Positions 44,318-56,424 of a stretch of 64,000 nucleotides of DNA are shown here, one piece after another. The notes under the pieces were generated by a model. The model saw only the letters and a program-made list of their open reading frames with translations, ran no database searches and had not been told where the DNA came from. This DNA is from an uncultured Gammaproteobacteria bacterium (lineage in GTDB: Bacteria > Patescibacteriota > Patescibacteriia > Patescibacteriales > UBA12465): NCBI GenBank assembly GCA_964355275.1, contig CAYHCB010000003.1, positions 7,052 to 71,051 of the forward strand, read 5' to 3'. Position 1 is the first letter of the stretch. Every line of letters begins with the position of its first letter. Both the position numbers and the translations under genes were made by a program.

Positions 44318-45412
44318 TTATTCATCTTCAGGAATGGGCATAATTTTACGAGTGTGTTCGTCAACTACCACCGATAGGTATCTAGCTTTAGCGACAAGTT
44401 CAGGGAAATTTTCGGCCAATATTTTTTTTACATAACGACGGAAAAAATTGGCTTTTTCTTTAGCTCTATTTTCATCGACACCCTCTTCTTTAAAAGGAGC
44501 AGACGATAGAACCAAGAAACCATCAGCACCAATTCTACCAGATTTCATGTTATCGGCAATAATAGAAATTGCTTTAATAATCGGTCCAGATAAATCAGGA
44601 CTGTAGGGGCCAATAATTAAAGCGGTGTTTGGTTCATGCAACCAATCAAATCCGCGACCAACACCTAAAATCCATTCACGGTGTTGCATGTCAATCGGCT
44701 TTCGTCCCGACTCCTTAACCTCTTTAATATGAGAAATATTACCCTGAATAAGAGGAAGTAAATCATTCATCACTTCTTCGTTCATGTCAGGATATAAATC
44801 ATGGATAATACCAAGTAAGTAATCATTTTTGTCAGACATTTTATCTGAACAATAAATAATTCCTGAACCAGTAGGGTCTTGGGGGTGGAATACAAGTGAA
44901 TCGGTATCAGTTTCTAATCCAACCACAATCGGAAAAACAACTTTGTTATTTTTACCAAACAAACGGTTAACCTGGTGGTAAAAATTTACTGTGTACTTAA
45001 AAGCGGCCTCATTATCATAATTAAAACCAGCACAACCACGATGATCATCGCCCTTAGAATAGTGGTAAGTAACTAAAATTAAAGAATTTCGCCCTTTGCT
45101 TACTCCATATTTTACCCAAGAAGTTAAGTCTTCACCTAACAACGGCCAGCCTAGATCAAAAGCGCCACCAATATTACGATAAGGTAAAATAATTCCTGGA
45201 GGGGTATTAGTTACTAAAGGAATATGAATTCTACCGTCCATACACTTGAAGGCACAAATTTCTGTCGGATGTTTAACACGATAAATTTGTCTGGCTAAAC
45301 GAGTGTTGATAAAATTAGTGGCATGTCTTTTATTGACTTCAAACAACCACTCGATTTTTTGTTCAATGCTTCTCTCTTTCATTTCTTCGTTTTTTGTTAA
45401 TGACCTGTTCAT
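44318..45412 (-). CDS. Beta-carbonic-anhydrase-like protein (CxDxR / HxxC zinc-site motifs) with a long C-terminal extension
   Basis: 364 aa. AFKCMDGRIHIP (C57-x-D59-x-R61), PYRNIGGAF and LILVTYHYSKGDDHRGCAGF (H124-x-x-C127) parallel the beta-CA motifs CSDSR, RNAGN and GHxxCG. The last ~190 aa have no recognised motif. It lies 28 nt downstream of atpC on the same strand. Confidence 0.55.
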   Translation of the reverse strand: MNRSLTKNEEMKERSIEQKIEWLFEVNKRHATNFINTRLARQIYRVKHPTEICAFKCMDGRIHIPLVTNTPPGIILPYRNIGGAFDLGWPLLGEDLTSWVKYGVSKGRNSLILVTYHYSKGDDHRGCAGFNYDNEAAFKYTVNFYHQVNRLFGKNNKVVFPIVVGLETDTDSLVFHPQDPTGSGIIYCSDKMSDKNDYLLGIIHDLYPDMNEEVMNDLLPLIQGNISHIKEVKESGRKPIDMQHREWILGVGRGFDWLHEPNTALIIGPYSPDLSGPIIKAISIIADNMKSGRIGADGFLVLSSAPFKEEGVDENRAKEKANFFRRYVKKILAENFPELVAKARYLSVVVDEHTRKIMPIPEDE

Positions 45413-45440
45413 AATAAAAATTATTTTTTATATAAATATT

Positions 45441-45881
45441 TTATTTTCCACTTCTTAATCTGCGCCCCTTATTTAAAGCCCTAATTCTGGATAATTCCTT
45501 CTCAAGTTGAGCCGCGATATTTACAAACTGAACATTATCAGCACTCTTAGTAGTTTTTCTTAATTTTTCAGCTCGTAATTTAGCTTCCTCTACCATCGCG
45601 TCATCAATTTCTTCGGCTCGCTGAGCGGTATCTGCTAAAATAACAATCTTACCACTTAAAACCTCTATAAAACCACCAGAAACAACAATAAATTCCAAAC
45701 TACCGTCGGTTTTTTTAACCTCAATAACTCCAGAATGCAAAATAGAAACTAAAGGAATATGATTAGGAAGAACCGTAATTTCTCCAGATTTAGTGGGAAC
45801 GGTTACTCTTAAAATATTCTCTTTTAAAATTATCTGCTCTGGTGTTACTATTTCAAATTTTATAGTCTTTTTTGAAGACAT
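45441..45881 (-). CDS. atpC: F1 ATP synthase epsilon subunit
   Basis: 146 aa. IKFEIVTPEQIILKE...GEITVLPNHIPLVSIL...GGFIEV, then a C-terminal helical hairpin. Confidence 0.9.
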   Translation of the reverse strand: MSSKKTIKFEIVTPEQIILKENILRVTVPTKSGEITVLPNHIPLVSILHSGVIEVKKTDGSLEFIVVSGGFIEVLSGKIVILADTAQRAEEIDDAMVEEAKLRAEKLRKTTKSADNVQFVNIAAQLEKELSRIRALNKGRRLRSGK

Positions 45882-45896
45882 AATTATTTTTTCTTA

Positions 45897-48282
<2,386 letters not shown>

Positions 48283-48298
48283 AGTTATTAATTAAAGG

Positions 48299-49822
48299 CT
48301 ACTTGGTTAAATAATCTAAAGTCACTTTATAATCAACAATTAATTGTTTTATTTTTTCTTCTAGTTCAGTGTCAATATCTTTTTTACTGATAATAGTTTT
48401 TAAAACATAATCATCTAAATCGGCAAATTTATATAAACCGATTTCAAAATCTCGAATATGCTCGACCGGAATTTCGTCCATAAAACCGTTAACTAAAGCG
48501 TAATAAACTAAAACCTGTTTAGCCACAGAAAGCGGTTGATATTGATCTTGCTTAAGTATTTCATATAATCTTTTACCTCTTTCTAATTTATTTTTTGTAT
48601 CATCATCTAAATCAGAGCCAAATTGAGCAAAAGCAGCAAGTTCTCGATATTGAGCGGCCTCAAGACGCATGCGACCAGCCACTTTTTTCATAGCTTTAAT
48701 CTGAGCGGATGATCCCACACGAGAAACTGACAAACCAGCATTAACCGCTGGACGATTACCTTTATAAAATAAGTCTGGTTCTAAGAAAATCTGTCCATCA
48801 GTGATAGAAATAACGTTAGTAGGAATATAGGCTGATAAATCACCGGCCTGAGTTTCAATAATTGGCAGAGCGGTAATAGAGCCACCTCCAAAATCAGGAT
48901 TTAATTTACAAGCACGCTCGAGTAATCTTGAATGTAAATAAAATACATCGCCGGGATAAGCTTCGCGTCCTGGTGGGCGACGTAATAATAAAGAAATTTC
49001 TCTATAAGCTACAGCATGTTTTGATAAATCATCATAAACAATTAAAACATCTTCGCCTTTATCTAAAAAATATTCGGCCATAGCACAACCAGCGTAAGGA
49101 GCAATATAAAGCAATGAGGCTGGATTAGAAGCACCAGCTAAAACAATAGTGGTGTAATCCATTGCCCCAGATTCAGTTAATTTGGCAACAATATTAGCTA
49201 TTTTAGATTCTTTTTGTCCGATGGCGACATAAATACATTTCATATTCTGTCCCTTCTGATTGATAATAGTGTCAATTGCTAAAGCAGTTTTACCTAACTG
49301 ACGATCACCAATAATAAGTTCGCGTTGACCACGACCAATTGGAATCATCGCATCAATAGCTTTAATACCAGTCTGCACCGGCTCTTTAACGGAAGCACGA
49401 GTAATAACCCCAGGAGCAATTTTTTCTACCGGATAAAAAAGAGAAGTTTCTAGTTTACCTTTACCGTCTATCGGTTCACCTAAAGGATTTAGAACTCTTC
49501 CAATAACTGCCTCACCAACAGGAACTTCTAAAATTCTTTTAGTGGCAGTAACCTCGTCACCTTCTTTAATGGCAGTAAAATCTCCTAAAATAATAGCTCC
49601 AACTAAATTCTCTTCTAAGTTTAAAGCAACACCAGAAACAAATCCGTGTTCAGTTTTAAATTTTAAAATTTCGCTCATCATCGCTTCTCTTAAACCAGAA
49701 ACCAAAGCAATGCCGTCAGAGACTTTAAGTACTCGGCCAACTGATTTTTCACTGACCTCAGCTTTAAAACCAGATATCTCCTCTTTCAGTTGATTAATGA
49801 TAAAATCCTTAGTTGTTGACAT
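48299..49822 (-). CDS. atpA: F1 ATP synthase alpha subunit
   Basis: 507 aa. Walker [10 protein letters not shown], then [42 protein letters not shown]. Confidence 0.97.
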   Translation of the reverse strand: MSTTKDFIINQLKEEISGFKAEVSEKSVGRVLKVSDGIALVSGLREAMMSEILKFKTEHGFVSGVALNLEENLVGAIILGDFTAIKEGDEVTATKRILEVPVGEAVIGRVLNPLGEPIDGKGKLETSLFYPVEKIAPGVITRASVKEPVQTGIKAIDAMIPIGRGQRELIIGDRQLGKTALAIDTIINQKGQNMKCIYVAIGQKESKIANIVAKLTESGAMDYTTIVLAGASNPASLLYIAPYAGCAMAEYFLDKGEDVLIVYDDLSKHAVAYREISLLLRRPPGREAYPGDVFYLHSRLLERACKLNPDFGGGSITALPIIETQAGDLSAYIPTNVISITDGQIFLEPDLFYKGNRPAVNAGLSVSRVGSSAQIKAMKKVAGRMRLEAAQYRELAAFAQFGSDLDDDTKNKLERGKRLYEILKQDQYQPLSVAKQVLVYYALVNGFMDEIPVEHIRDFEIGLYKFADLDDYVLKTIISKKDIDTELEEKIKQLIVDYKVTLDYLTK

Positions 49823-49918
49823 ATTATTTAGTTAAAATTTATTTAATTTAAAAAAAATTAGCCCCTCTTTGAATTAATTTTTTATAATTAATAGGAGCAA
49901 AAATGTTCTGGCGGTTTT

Positions 49919-50653
49919 TTAAGATTCAAGTCCCACCCTTAATTCGTTTAAATTGCTTCTTAAACTGCCGTCTATAATTTTACTATTATACTTTAAAATA
50001 AAACCACCTAAAATATTTTTATCAATTGTTTCTTCTAAAATAATTTTTTTAATGCCTGATTGTTCTCTTAGGTAATCTACAACTAATTCTCGGGAATGAT
50101 CCTCTAGTTCCCTGGCAACAGTTATTTGAGCGACTAACTCACAATTTTCTTTATTCCAGATATCTGTAAAAGCGGCCGTAATTTCTGGAGCTAAATTTAA
50201 ATCATGTTTTCTATCTAAAAGAGCCACAAAACTAGGCAATAATCCTCTTATCTTTTCGCTTTGTTCAGTTCGCAGTTCTTCTAAATTACTTTTTAAACTA
50301 CCATCTATAATTTTACTATTATATTTTAAAATAAAACCTCCTAAAATATTTTTATCAATTGTTTCTTCTAAGGTAATTTTTTTAGCACCAGATTTTATTT
50401 TTAAATAATTAATAACTACATCTCTGGCCTCCTTATCTAATTCTCTAGCACTGATTAACTGAGCAATTACCTCGCCATTTTCTTTATTCCAAATTTCAGT
50501 AAAAGCAGAAACAATTTCTGGCTCTAAGTTTAAGTCTCTTTTTTTTCCTAAAATAGCTACAAAATCAGGTAATAATTCCATTATTTTAGTTTCAGACTCA
50601 TTTTTGACAGAATCATAAAGACTCTGAGCATATTGTTGGACAGATATCTTCAT
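49919..50653 (-). CDS. atpH: F1 ATP synthase delta (OSCP) subunit with internal tandem duplication
   Basis: 244 aa. It occupies the delta position between atpF and atpA. The delta C-terminal signature EETIDKNILGGFILKYNSKIIDGSL(K/R)SNL occurs twice, at residues 96-124 and 207-235. Confidence 0.85.
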   Translation of the reverse strand: MKISVQQYAQSLYDSVKNESETKIMELLPDFVAILGKKRDLNLEPEIVSAFTEIWNKENGEVIAQLISARELDKEARDVVINYLKIKSGAKKITLEETIDKNILGGFILKYNSKIIDGSLKSNLEELRTEQSEKIRGLLPSFVALLDRKHDLNLAPEITAAFTDIWNKENCELVAQITVARELEDHSRELVVDYLREQSGIKKIILEETIDKNILGGFILKYNSKIIDGSLRSNLNELRVGLES

Positions 50654-50655
50654 AG

Positions 50656-51150
50656 TTATTTAACCAGACGCTTAATTAGTTCGTGATCTTTATCGCTAGT
50701 CATTTTTTCATTTAATACTTTTTCTAAAGTTAAAATAACTAAATCAGCTACTTCAGTTTTTATTTCTTTTAAGGTCTCTGATTTCTCTAAAAGCATTTTT
50801 TCGCGTTCTGCTCCCATCACTTGTTCGATATCTTTTTTGGCTTTTTCGATAAGCTCGCCGCGCCTCTTTTCACCACGCTTATCCGCCTCCTCAACAATTA
50901 AATTAGCCTGTTTTTTGGCGGCCACAATAATACTTTCTTGTTCTGTCTCAGTCAAAGCTAGTCTTTTTTCAATTTCATCGGCATCTTTTAAGCTTTTATC
51001 AATTTTCTCTGAGCGATCACTCATAGTTTTTACCAAAGGCTTAAAAGCGAAATAATGTAAAACTAAAAAAACTAACCCAAAGTTAATTAATTGGGCGGTA
51101 AATAGTTTTAAATCGATGTGAAAAGCTGAAGTTAATGATTCCATATTCAA
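50656..51150 (-). CDS. atpF: Fo ATP synthase b subunit
   Basis: 164 aa. One N-terminal TM helix (LINFGLVFLVLHYFAF) followed by a long charged helix. Operon position fits. Confidence 0.85.
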   Translation of the reverse strand: MNMESLTSAFHIDLKLFTAQLINFGLVFLVLHYFAFKPLVKTMSDRSEKIDKSLKDADEIEKRLALTETEQESIIVAAKKQANLIVEEADKRGEKRRGELIEKAKKDIEQVMGAEREKMLLEKSETLKEIKTEVADLVILTLEKVLNEKMTSDKDHELIKRLVK

Positions 51151-51212
51151 TTAAATTTAAATAATTTAATAACCACTTTCTCGGAGTGTTTCCGAAAAAG
51201 TTCGTCAGTAAA

Positions 51213-51467
<255 letters not shown>

Positions 51468-51484
51468 TTATTTTTACATTTTAA

Positions 51485-52333
51485 TTAATGCTCCTCTGCG
51501 GTCGTGTTAATTGTAAGATATGTTAAAATTAACATCGCAAAAATGAGAGCCTGGATTAAACCCACTAGTACTTCTAAAAACAAAAAAGGAATTGGTAAAC
51601 CAAAGGCTAAAATTGCGGACATAGCCGCTAATAATACTTCACCAGCAAAAACATTACCAAATAAACGGAAAGATAAACTGGCTACTTTAGCTAGTTCACC
51701 AATTATTTCAATTAGGCCTACAAAAATTTTGATAGGACTAATAATTAAAATTGTGGGATCTTTGCGAACCTTTTTAGGTATTTCAAGTAGTGCCCTAAAG
51801 TTTATAAATTTATTAAAATATCTCCAAGCGCCAACTGATAATACTCCTAAAATATGGCTAATTACTACACCAATGGTCGCTAAAGCTAAGGTGGTATTTA
51901 AATCAGCCGTGCCGCCTCTTAAATAAGGAATAAAAAATCTTTCACCGCCATGTTCCACTACCGAACCAATAGAGCCGACACCAGGCAAAAGCCCCATCCA
52001 GTTATTTATCAAAACGAAGAAGAAAAAAGCAATAACTAATGGTGCAAATTTTACAGATTTTTTATGATCTCCGGTGACACTATCAAATAAATTTAAAAAG
52101 GCCTCAATAATCATTTCTAGAGCATTCTGTAAGCCAGTTGGCACTTTTTTAATTTTTCTACTAACTACTACACTAAAGGTAATAATAATAAGCAAGGCAA
52201 CAAAAGAAGTCACCAAGGAATTAGTGACTGGAAAATTACCTATATAACCAATTGGCTCTGCGTATAAGGTATTCTCATGAATTATTTTTTCCTGAGGAGC
52301 TGAGGTATTCGTTTGTTCTATCGCATTAGACAT
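51485..52333 (-). CDS. atpB: Fo ATP synthase a subunit
   Basis: 282 aa, polytopic. The essential Arg region is LSFRLFGNVFAGEVLL. Confidence 0.93.
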   Translation of the reverse strand: MSNAIEQTNTSAPQEKIIHENTLYAEPIGYIGNFPVTNSLVTSFVALLIIITFSVVVSRKIKKVPTGLQNALEMIIEAFLNLFDSVTGDHKKSVKFAPLVIAFFFFVLINNWMGLLPGVGSIGSVVEHGGERFFIPYLRGGTADLNTTLALATIGVVISHILGVLSVGAWRYFNKFINFRALLEIPKKVRKDPTILIISPIKIFVGLIEIIGELAKVASLSFRLFGNVFAGEVLLAAMSAILAFGLPIPFLFLEVLVGLIQALIFAMLILTYLTINTTAEEH

Positions 52334-52335
52334 AA

Positions 52336-52596
52336 TTATTTATTCTCTTGATTCTTACGATTTTTATTCTTGTGTTCTTCTTCTATTTTTTTAAACTCTT
52401 TAAGGGCGTCACTTACTAAACCAAACATTGAAACGATGAAACAGATACCAACCGAGACTAAAAATAGCCAGGGTTCGGTGTTAAATTTTTGATCTAGCCA
52501 GTCACCAACAAAAACACCAACAATAACTGGACCAACAATCCAAGCGGTAATACTAGACAATAATCTTAAAATTGACCCCTGACAATTATTTCTCAT
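52336..52596 (-). CDS. AtpZ/AtpI-like small membrane protein (first gene of the atp operon)
   Basis: 86 aa with two TM helices (ITAWIVGPVIVGVFVGDWLD, PWLFLVSVGICFIVSMFGLV). It ends 2 nt before atpB. Confidence 0.65.
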   Translation of the reverse strand: MRNNCQGSILRLLSSITAWIVGPVIVGVFVGDWLDQKFNTEPWLFLVSVGICFIVSMFGLVSDALKEFKKIEEEHKNKNRKNQENK

Positions 52597-52607
52597 AAAC
52601 CAACCTT

Positions 52608-52636
52608 TTTATATCGCAAAAAATCATTTATGTCAA
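52608..52636 (-). promoter_or_regulatory. Putative atp operon promoter (TTGACA-N17-TATAAA)
   Basis: On the minus strand, TTGACA lies at 52636..52631 and TATAAA at 52613..52608. It is 11 nt upstream of the ATG at 52596. Confidence 0.45.
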
Positions 52637-52752
52637 CTAGCAAGAAATTCTATTTATTCAAAAAAGTGAAAAAATAACTAGAAAAAATTAATTAATTAAC
52701 ATGTAGATACAATATAACGTGAAATTAGTATTTTTACAATTATTAATATTTT

Positions 52753-53838
52753 TTAAATATCTAAATCTTCTAGTAAACGTTTCTGGTTTTTATTTAAATC
52801 CTTAGGAATAAAGACATTTATTTTAACATAATGATCACCTTTTCCTCTATTTTGCAGCTTTGTGACTCCCTTTTCCTTTAATTTAAAAACTGTACCCGAT
52901 TGAGTTCCCTCAGGAATTTTTAAGGTCAGGGGTCCATGAATTGTGGAAATTTCTATTTTATCTCCCAAAATAGCTTGTTTTACATTAATTTTTTCCTCAG
53001 TTCTAATATCATAATTATCACGCACAAATTTCTGGTGCTTTTCAACTCTAATTCGTAAATATAAATCTCCCGCTGGGGCGCCTTTTTGTCCCGCTTCTCC
53101 CTGACCACTTAAACGAATTGATTCTCCGTCATTTACACCGGCGGGAATTTTAACTTTTAATTTTACCTCTTCTTTAACTATTCCCGTGCTACGACACTTA
53201 GAGCATTTAGTATTATAAGTTTTACCCTCTCCGCCACAAGCAGAGCAGTTCATTCTGGTTTGGATATTACCCAAAATAGTTCTTTGAACACCAATAACTT
53301 GACCGGTACCACCACAATTAGTGCAAGTATCAATCTTTGTTCCAGGCTCAGCTCCAACCCCATGGCAATGATTACAAGTTATATTTTTTGCAAAAGAAAG
53401 TTCTTTATCTAGACCAAAAGCAGCTTCTAAAAATTCTAAATTTACTATCATCTCTAAATCACTACCTTGTCGTCCTTTTTTAGAAGTAGTTCGGCCACCG
53501 CCAAAACCAAAAATATCACCAAAGCCACCAAATAAATCATCCATATCTACGCCGCCGCCACTAAAACCGGAGAAATCAAAGCCTCCCATGCCACCTTGGC
53601 CGCCATGACCAGCGCCACCTGCTTGGCCACTTTGAAAATTTGAACCAAACTGATCGTACTGCTTACGTTTTTTTTCATTACCTAAAACCTGATAAGCCTC
53701 ATTATACTCTTTAAATTTTTCCTCATTACCGCCTTTGTCAGGATGATGCTCGTGAGCTTTTTTTCGAAAAGCCACTTTTATTTCCTCGGCGCTAGCATTC
53801 TTAGATACGCCCAATGTACTATAGTAATCTTTTGACAT
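52753..53838 (-). CDS. dnaJ: Chaperone DnaJ (type I Hsp40)
   Basis: 361 aa. J-domain with HPDK, a G/F-rich region, four CxxCxGxG zinc-finger repeats and a C-terminal substrate-binding domain. Confidence 0.95.
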   Translation of the reverse strand: MSKDYYSTLGVSKNASAEEIKVAFRKKAHEHHPDKGGNEEKFKEYNEAYQVLGNEKKRKQYDQFGSNFQSGQAGGAGHGGQGGMGGFDFSGFSGGGVDMDDLFGGFGDIFGFGGGRTTSKKGRQGSDLEMIVNLEFLEAAFGLDKELSFAKNITCNHCHGVGAEPGTKIDTCTNCGGTGQVIGVQRTILGNIQTRMNCSACGGEGKTYNTKCSKCRSTGIVKEEVKLKVKIPAGVNDGESIRLSGQGEAGQKGAPAGDLYLRIRVEKHQKFVRDNYDIRTEEKINVKQAILGDKIEISTIHGPLTLKIPEGTQSGTVFKLKEKGVTKLQNRGKGDHYVKINVFIPKDLNKNQKRLLEDLDI

Positions 53839-53931
53839 AATTTAAATAAACTTATATTTAGAAACGGATAGATTAGTATTTTTAACTTAAGCGGTCACTC
53901 CTTAAAAAAGAAGTGACCTATAAGTTTTAAA

Positions 53932-55830
53932 TTATTTTTTTTCTTCAACCTCACCTTCAACTGTCTCTTCTTCTTTTTTATCTTCAGTCTGAGCTTCAGT
54001 AGCAGCTTCAGGTTGGGCTTCAGTGGCACCAGCCGCTTGATACATAGCAGCACCAATTTTTTGAGCCACGGTATTTACCTCCTCTAAGCTCTTTTTAACC
54101 GCTTCTAAGTCATTAGCCTCTTTAGATTTTTTAAGCTCAGCGACTTTAGTCTCAAGCTCAACCTTATCCTCGGCCTTCATTTTGTCACCAGATTCTTTTA
54201 ACATTTTTTCCGTGGTGAATATAACCGCATCAGCTTGGTTAATCATTTCAACATCTTCTTTTTTCTTTTTATCTTCCTCAGCATGAGCCTCGGCTTCTTT
54301 TTTCATTCGCTCAACCTCTTCTTTGGATAAACCAGAAGAAGCGGTTATCGTAATTTTTTGTTGTTTACTAGTGGCCTTATCAGTTGCGCTAACATTTAAA
54401 ATTCCATTAGCGTCAATATCAAACTTAACCTCAATCTGAGGAACGCCACGAGGCGCCGCTGGAATTCCATCTAATATAAAACGACCTAAAGTTTTATTAT
54501 CATGAGCCATTGGACGCTCACCTTGTACAATATGAATTTCTACACTGTTTTGACTATCAGCCGCCGTAGAAAATACTTGAGATTTAGAAGTTGGAATAGT
54601 GGTGTTTCGATCTATTAAAGCAGTTGCCACACCACCCATAGTTTCGATTCCTAAAGTAAGTGGCGTGACATCCAAAAGTAGGACATCTTTTACATCACCT
54701 TGCAAAACGCCGGCTTGAACAGCCGCACCAAGAGCAACTACTTCATCAGGATTAACACTTAAATTTGGTTCTTTACCAAAATATTCTTTAACTTTTTGTA
54801 GCACTAAAGGCATGCGAGTCATACCACCAACCATAATAATTTCGTTTATATCTGATAATTTAAAACCAGAATCAGTTAAAGCTTTTTTACATGGTTCAAT
54901 AGTTTTTTCTACTAAATCACCAACTAAAGTTTCGAGTTTAGCACGAGACATTTTCATTACTAAATGCTTTGGCCCATTAGCGTCAGTAGAAATAAATGGT
55001 TGGTTTATTTCTGTGTCCATAGCAGTTGATAATTCAATTTTAGCTTTTTCGGCAGACTCCTTAATTCTTTGTAAGGCTAAAGTATCATTTGATAAATCAA
55101 TGCCTTGATCTTTTTTAAATTCAGAAATTATCCAATCGATAATTCGTTTATCAAAATCTTCACCTCCCAAATGAGTATCTCCGTTAGTTGCTTTAACTTC
55201 AACGGTATCAGCAGAAATATCTAACACTGAAACATCAAAAGTGCCACCGCCTAAATCATACACCACAATTTTTTGTCCTTGTTTTTTATCAAAACCATAA
55301 GCTAAAGCTGCGGCTGTTGGTTCATTGATAATCCGTTTAACGTCTAAACCAGCAATAAGCCCAGCGTCTTTAGTTGCCTGACGTTGAGCGTCATCAAAAT
55401 AAGCAGGCACGGTAATGATAGCTTCTGTTATTACTTCTCCTGTTTTAGCTTCAGCGTCTGCCTTCATTTTAGCAAGGATCATAGCTGAGGCTTCTTGCGG
55501 AGTATATTCACCATCGCCCATCTTTACTTTTACGCCCTCACCAGCGGCAACTATTTTATAAGGCATCGTTCCTAAATCACGTTGGACTTCTTCATCTTTA
55601 AAATTGCGACCAATTAAACGTTTTACTGCATAAACGGTATTCTCAGGGTTTATAACCGCCTGTCTTTTTGCGGCCTGGCCAACTAAGCGTTCGTTATTTT
55701 TTGAAATAGCCATAACTGATGGCGTAGTACGATTACCTTCAATGTTTTCTAAAATTTTAGGAACACCACCCTCCATGATTGCCATGGCGCTATTTGTTGT
55801 TCCTAAATCAATTCCTAAAATTTTTCCCAT
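53932..55830 (-). CDS. dnaK: Chaperone DnaK (Hsp70)
   Basis: 632 aa. [27 protein letters not shown], and an acidic C-terminal tail. Confidence 0.97.
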   Translation of the reverse strand: MGKILGIDLGTTNSAMAIMEGGVPKILENIEGNRTTPSVMAISKNNERLVGQAAKRQAVINPENTVYAVKRLIGRNFKDEEVQRDLGTMPYKIVAAGEGVKVKMGDGEYTPQEASAMILAKMKADAEAKTGEVITEAIITVPAYFDDAQRQATKDAGLIAGLDVKRIINEPTAAALAYGFDKKQGQKIVVYDLGGGTFDVSVLDISADTVEVKATNGDTHLGGEDFDKRIIDWIISEFKKDQGIDLSNDTLALQRIKESAEKAKIELSTAMDTEINQPFISTDANGPKHLVMKMSRAKLETLVGDLVEKTIEPCKKALTDSGFKLSDINEIIMVGGMTRMPLVLQKVKEYFGKEPNLSVNPDEVVALGAAVQAGVLQGDVKDVLLLDVTPLTLGIETMGGVATALIDRNTTIPTSKSQVFSTAADSQNSVEIHIVQGERPMAHDNKTLGRFILDGIPAAPRGVPQIEVKFDIDANGILNVSATDKATSKQQKITITASSGLSKEEVERMKKEAEAHAEEDKKKKEDVEMINQADAVIFTTEKMLKESGDKMKAEDKVELETKVAELKKSKEANDLEAVKKSLEEVNTVAQKIGAAMYQAAGATEAQPEAATEAQTEDKKEEETVEGEVEEKK

Positions 55831-55916
55831 ATAATTTTTATTATTTATTATTTACTTGTTATTACCCAGACATTCCGGTGCTTAAACTATTAAGCACCGA
55901 GTATATGGGTAAATAA

Positions 55917-56354
55917 TTATTTATTAGTTTCTATTTTTATAGTTTTTGGTTTAACATCCTTCTCTTTCGGTACAACTATTTTTAAAATACCGCCGACTGA
56001 GGTAGCTTTAGCGGCATCACCATTAACTCTAGTCGGTAATGGTATAGAACGATAGAAAGAACCGCGACGAATTTCTTTACGATAATAATTTTTTTCATCA
56101 ATTTCTCTTCTTTTCTCACTTTCCCCCTTCATACTTAAAATATTATTTTCGATAGAAATCTCCACTTGATCTGGACTAATTCCAGCTAACTGGGTCTCAA
56201 TAGTAATGTTATCCTTATCTTCGTAAACATCTACAGCTGGGGTAAAGCCAAATTGAGCTCCACTAACCGTAGGTAACATGTCAGAAAACATTTTGTTTAC
56301 ATCATCTTCGCCAAAATTATCAGCAAAGAAAGGGGTCCATTTAATAAGCGACAT
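55917..56354 (-). CDS. Hsp20/alpha-crystallin small heat-shock protein
   Basis: Alpha-crystallin domain (PAVDVYEDKDNITIETQLAGISPDQVEISIENNILSMKGE...FYRSIPLP...GILKIVVPK). I prefer the start at 56354 (MSLIKWTPFF). The track start at 56471 overlaps grpE and adds non-homologous residues. Confidence 0.9.
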   Translation of the reverse strand: MSLIKWTPFFADNFGEDDVNKMFSDMLPTVSGAQFGFTPAVDVYEDKDNITIETQLAGISPDQVEISIENNILSMKGESEKRREIDEKNYYRKEIRRGSFYRSIPLPTRVNGDAAKATSVGGILKIVVPKEKDVKPKTIKIETNK

Positions 56355-56424
56355 ATAATAAAATAATTTTCTTGCAAAATTTTTATTTAAATAAAAATAG
56401 ATGCAAAAAAAATAATTAACAGTC

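Noticed and set aside
44840-45242. Second CxD-like motif (YCSDKM, residues 187-192) in the beta-CA-like protein, as evidence of a duplicated CA domain
   Set aside because: There is no Arg at the dyad position and no downstream HxxC or other Cys. A pseudo-duplicated, CsoSCA-style architecture is therefore speculation that needs a structure prediction.
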